Shown here one piece after another: positions 61,863 to 64,000 of a DNA stretch of 64,000 bases. This DNA is from Bryobacterales bacterium (GTDB taxonomy: Bacteria > Acidobacteriota > Terriglobia > Bryobacterales > UBA6623), in the NCBI GenBank assembly GCA_963422375.2, contig OY729427.2, positions 352,001 to 416,000 of the forward strand. Direction: 5' to 3'. Position numbers and translations under genes: made by a program. Positions within the stretch are counted from its first letter, which is position 1, and each line of letters begins with the position of its first letter. The notes under the pieces are model-generated. The model was not told the origin of the DNA. It did no database searches and saw nothing but the letters and a program-made list of their open reading frames with translations.

Positions 61863-63098
61863 ATGCCCGCAAGACCGAAGAAAGTGGCCCTCGCCTACTC
61901 CGGCGGGCTCGACACCTCGATCATCATTCCCTGGCTGCGCGAGAACTACGGCGCGGAGGTCGTCGCGGTCTGCGGCGACGTCGGCCAGGGGCAGGGCGAG
62001 CTCGAGGGGCTCGCGGAGAAGGCCCGCGCCAGCGGAGCCTGCGAGGTCTACGTCGAGGACCTCCGCGAGGAATTCGTCCGCGACTACGTCTGGCCCGTCG
62101 TCCGCGCCGGCGCGGTGTACGAGCACAAGTACCTGCTCGGGACGTCGATCGCCCGGCCGCTGCTCGCCAAGCTGCAGGTCGAGGTCGCACTGCGGACGAA
62201 CTGCGACGCCCTCTCCCACGGGGCCACCGGCAAGGGCAATGACCAGGTCCGCTTCGAGCTCGCCTACAAGGCGCTCGCGCCGCGCCTGCCCGTGATCGCA
62301 CCGTGGCGCGAGTGGGAAATCGCCTCGCGCGAGGACGCCCTCGAATACGCCGCCCGCCACGGCATCCCCGTGCAGCAGAGCAAGGAGAAGATCTACAGCC
62401 GCGACGCGAACCTGTGGCATATCTCGCACGAGGGCGCGGAACTGGAAGATCCGGCCAACGCCCCGTCGGACAGGGTGTGGACACTGTCGGCCAGGCCCGA
62501 GGACGCACCCGCCGCAGGCGCCGAGGTAGCGATCGGCTTCGAGCTCGGCACGCCGGTCGCGCTGGACGGCGAGCGCCTCTCGGCGGCGAGCATCGTCGAG
62601 GCCCTCAACCGGACCGGCTGCGAGCACGGGATCGGCCGGATCGACCTGGTCGAGAACCGCTTCGTCGGCATGAAGTCGCGCGGGTGCTACGAGACACCGG
62701 CCGGCACGGTCCTGATGACGGCGCACCGCGAGCTCGAGGCGCTGGCGCTCGACCGCGCCACGCAGCACTACAAGCAGAAGATCGCCCTCGACTACGCCGA
62801 GCTGGTCTACGACGGGAAGTGGTTCACGCCCCTGCGGGAGGCGCTGGATGGCTTCGTCGAGCGGACTCAGCGGCACGTGACCGGCGAGATCCGGCTGCGC
62901 CTGCGCCAGGGGCGCATCGACGTGCTGAGCAGGACCTCGCCCCATTCCCTGTACGCCCCGGAGATCGCGAGCTTCACCATGGGCGATGAGTACGACCAGC
63001 GCGACGCGGCGGGCTTCATCAACCTGACCGGCCTACCCATCCGGGTGCATGCCTCCGTACGCGGGGGGCTCGACGCCGGGAAGGGCGACCGCCCGTGA
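61863..63098 (+). CDS. argG: Argininosuccinate synthase
   Basis: AYSGGLDTS, HGATGKGNDQVRFE, SRDANLWH, KSRGCYETP. Confidence 0.98.
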   Translation: MPARPKKVALAYSGGLDTSIIIPWLRENYGAEVVAVCGDVGQGQGELEGLAEKARASGACEVYVEDLREEFVRDYVWPVVRAGAVYEHKYLLGTSIARPLLAKLQVEVALRTNCDALSHGATGKGNDQVRFELAYKALAPRLPVIAPWREWEIASREDALEYAARHGIPVQQSKEKIYSRDANLWHISHEGAELEDPANAPSDRVWTLSARPEDAPAAGAEVAIGFELGTPVALDGERLSAASIVEALNRTGCEHGIGRIDLVENRFVGMKSRGCYETPAGTVLMTAHRELEALALDRATQHYKQKIALDYAELVYDGKWFTPLREALDGFVERTQRHVTGEIRLRLRQGRIDVLSRTSPHSLYAPEIASFTMGDEYDQRDAAGFINLTGLPIRVHASVRGGLDAGKGDRP

Positions 63099-64000
63099 AG
63101 CTCTGGGGAGGGCGCTTCGAATCCGGGCCGTCCGAGATCTTCGAGAGGTACTCGGGCTCCCTGCGGTTCGACCGGAAACTGTTCGAGGCAGACGTGGCCG
63201 GGTCGAGGGCCTTCGCGAACGCCCTCGAGCGGGTGGGGATCCTGACCGTCGGCGAGCGCGACCGGATCCACGGCGCGTTCGACCGCATGGCGGCCGAGGC
63301 GGCGGCCCCGGGCTACTTCGACGCCGACGACGAGGACATCCACACCTTCGTGATCCGGAAACTCGGCGAGCAGGTCGGGGACCTCTCCGAGAAGATCCAC
63401 ACCGGGCGCAGCCGCAACGAGCAGGTCGCCACCGACATGCGCCTGTGGGCCAAAGGCGCGATCCGGCAGGTCCAGGGGCGCCTGGCGTCCCTGATGGGCT
63501 CGCTAGTGACGCTCGCCGAGCGCGAGTCCGAGGCCCTGCTGCCGGGATACACGCATCTCCGGCGCGCCCAGGCCGTCCTGTTCTCGCACTACCTCCTGGC
63601 GTACTTCGAGATGTTCCGCCGGGACTGGCAGCGGTTCCAGCAGGCCTACGAGCGCACCGACGTCTCGCCGCTGGGCTGCGGAGCGCTGGCCGGCAGCGGC
63701 TTCGCCTTCGACCGGGGCGAGATGGCCGCGGATCTGGGCTTCGCGCGGGTCGCCGACAACAGCCTCGACGCGGTGTCCGACCGCGACTTCGCGCTGGATT
63801 TCCTTTACGGCGCGTCCGTGACCATGCTGCACGCCAGCCGCATGGCCGAGGACTGGATCCTCTACAGCAGCGAGGAGTTCGCATTCCTGGAGCTGGGTGA
63901 CGAGGTCACCAGCGGCTCGAGCCTGATGCCCCAGAAGCGGAATCCCGACGCGCTCGAGCTGCTGCGTGGCAAGGCGGGCAGGGTCTGCGGCAGCCTGCAA
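63095..64000 (+). CDS. argH: Argininosuccinate lyase (3'-truncated by window edge)
   Basis: GTG overlaps argG stop; KLWGGRF, HTGRSRNEQ, PGYTHL, GSSLMPQKRNPD. Confidence 0.97.
   Translation, partial: MKLWGGRFESGPSEIFERYSGSLRFDRKLFEADVAGSRAFANALERVGILTVGERDRIHGAFDRMAAEAAAPGYFDADDEDIHTFVIRKLGEQVGDLSEKIHTGRSRNEQVATDMRLWAKGAIRQVQGRLASLMGSLVTLAERESEALLPGYTHLRRAQAVLFSHYLLAYFEMFRRDWQRFQQAYERTDVSPLGCGALAGSGFAFDRGEMAADLGFARVADNSLDAVSDRDFALDFLYGASVTMLHASRMAEDWILYSSEEFAFLELGDEVTSGSSLMPQKRNPDALELLRGKAGRVCGSLQ

Overview
High-GC bacterial chromosomal window, probably Acidobacteria (Bryobacterales-like; inferred from the VWFA-related protein, hopanoid genes and the direct-repeat LexA-type box at recA). Housekeeping and metabolic genes (uvrA 3' end, dispersed hopanoid genes hpnI/ispH/shc/hpnH/hpnG, aguBA, DegP/DegQ protease, sulfatase, tRNA-Leu, recA, RluA-family synthase, argFGH) surround a roughly 19 kb CRISPR-Cas island at 22.5-41.8 kb. 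The island is a hybrid. It has a type I-G(I-U)-style adaptation module (cas2, cas4-cas1 fusion) and a 31-repeat array of I-G-type 36-bp repeats, facing a complete type III-B cmr1-6 operon (HD-less Cas10 with intact GGDD) and three CARF genes. No cas6/csb2, cas3 or Cascade gene is visible in the window. One CARF-HEPN effector (Csx1, TIGR02221-like) is destroyed by five lesions, including a 255-bp MITE and an IS1380 copy. Also present: a decayed PaeR7I-like R-M system, a cis-CaaD-like tautomerase pair, an IS200 relic, a second IS1380 copy, a second MITE, a binding protein/TorS-like kinase/Rec-PP2C/RsbW/RsbV signalling module and several other pseudogenes. All calls are from manual reading; no database searches were run.
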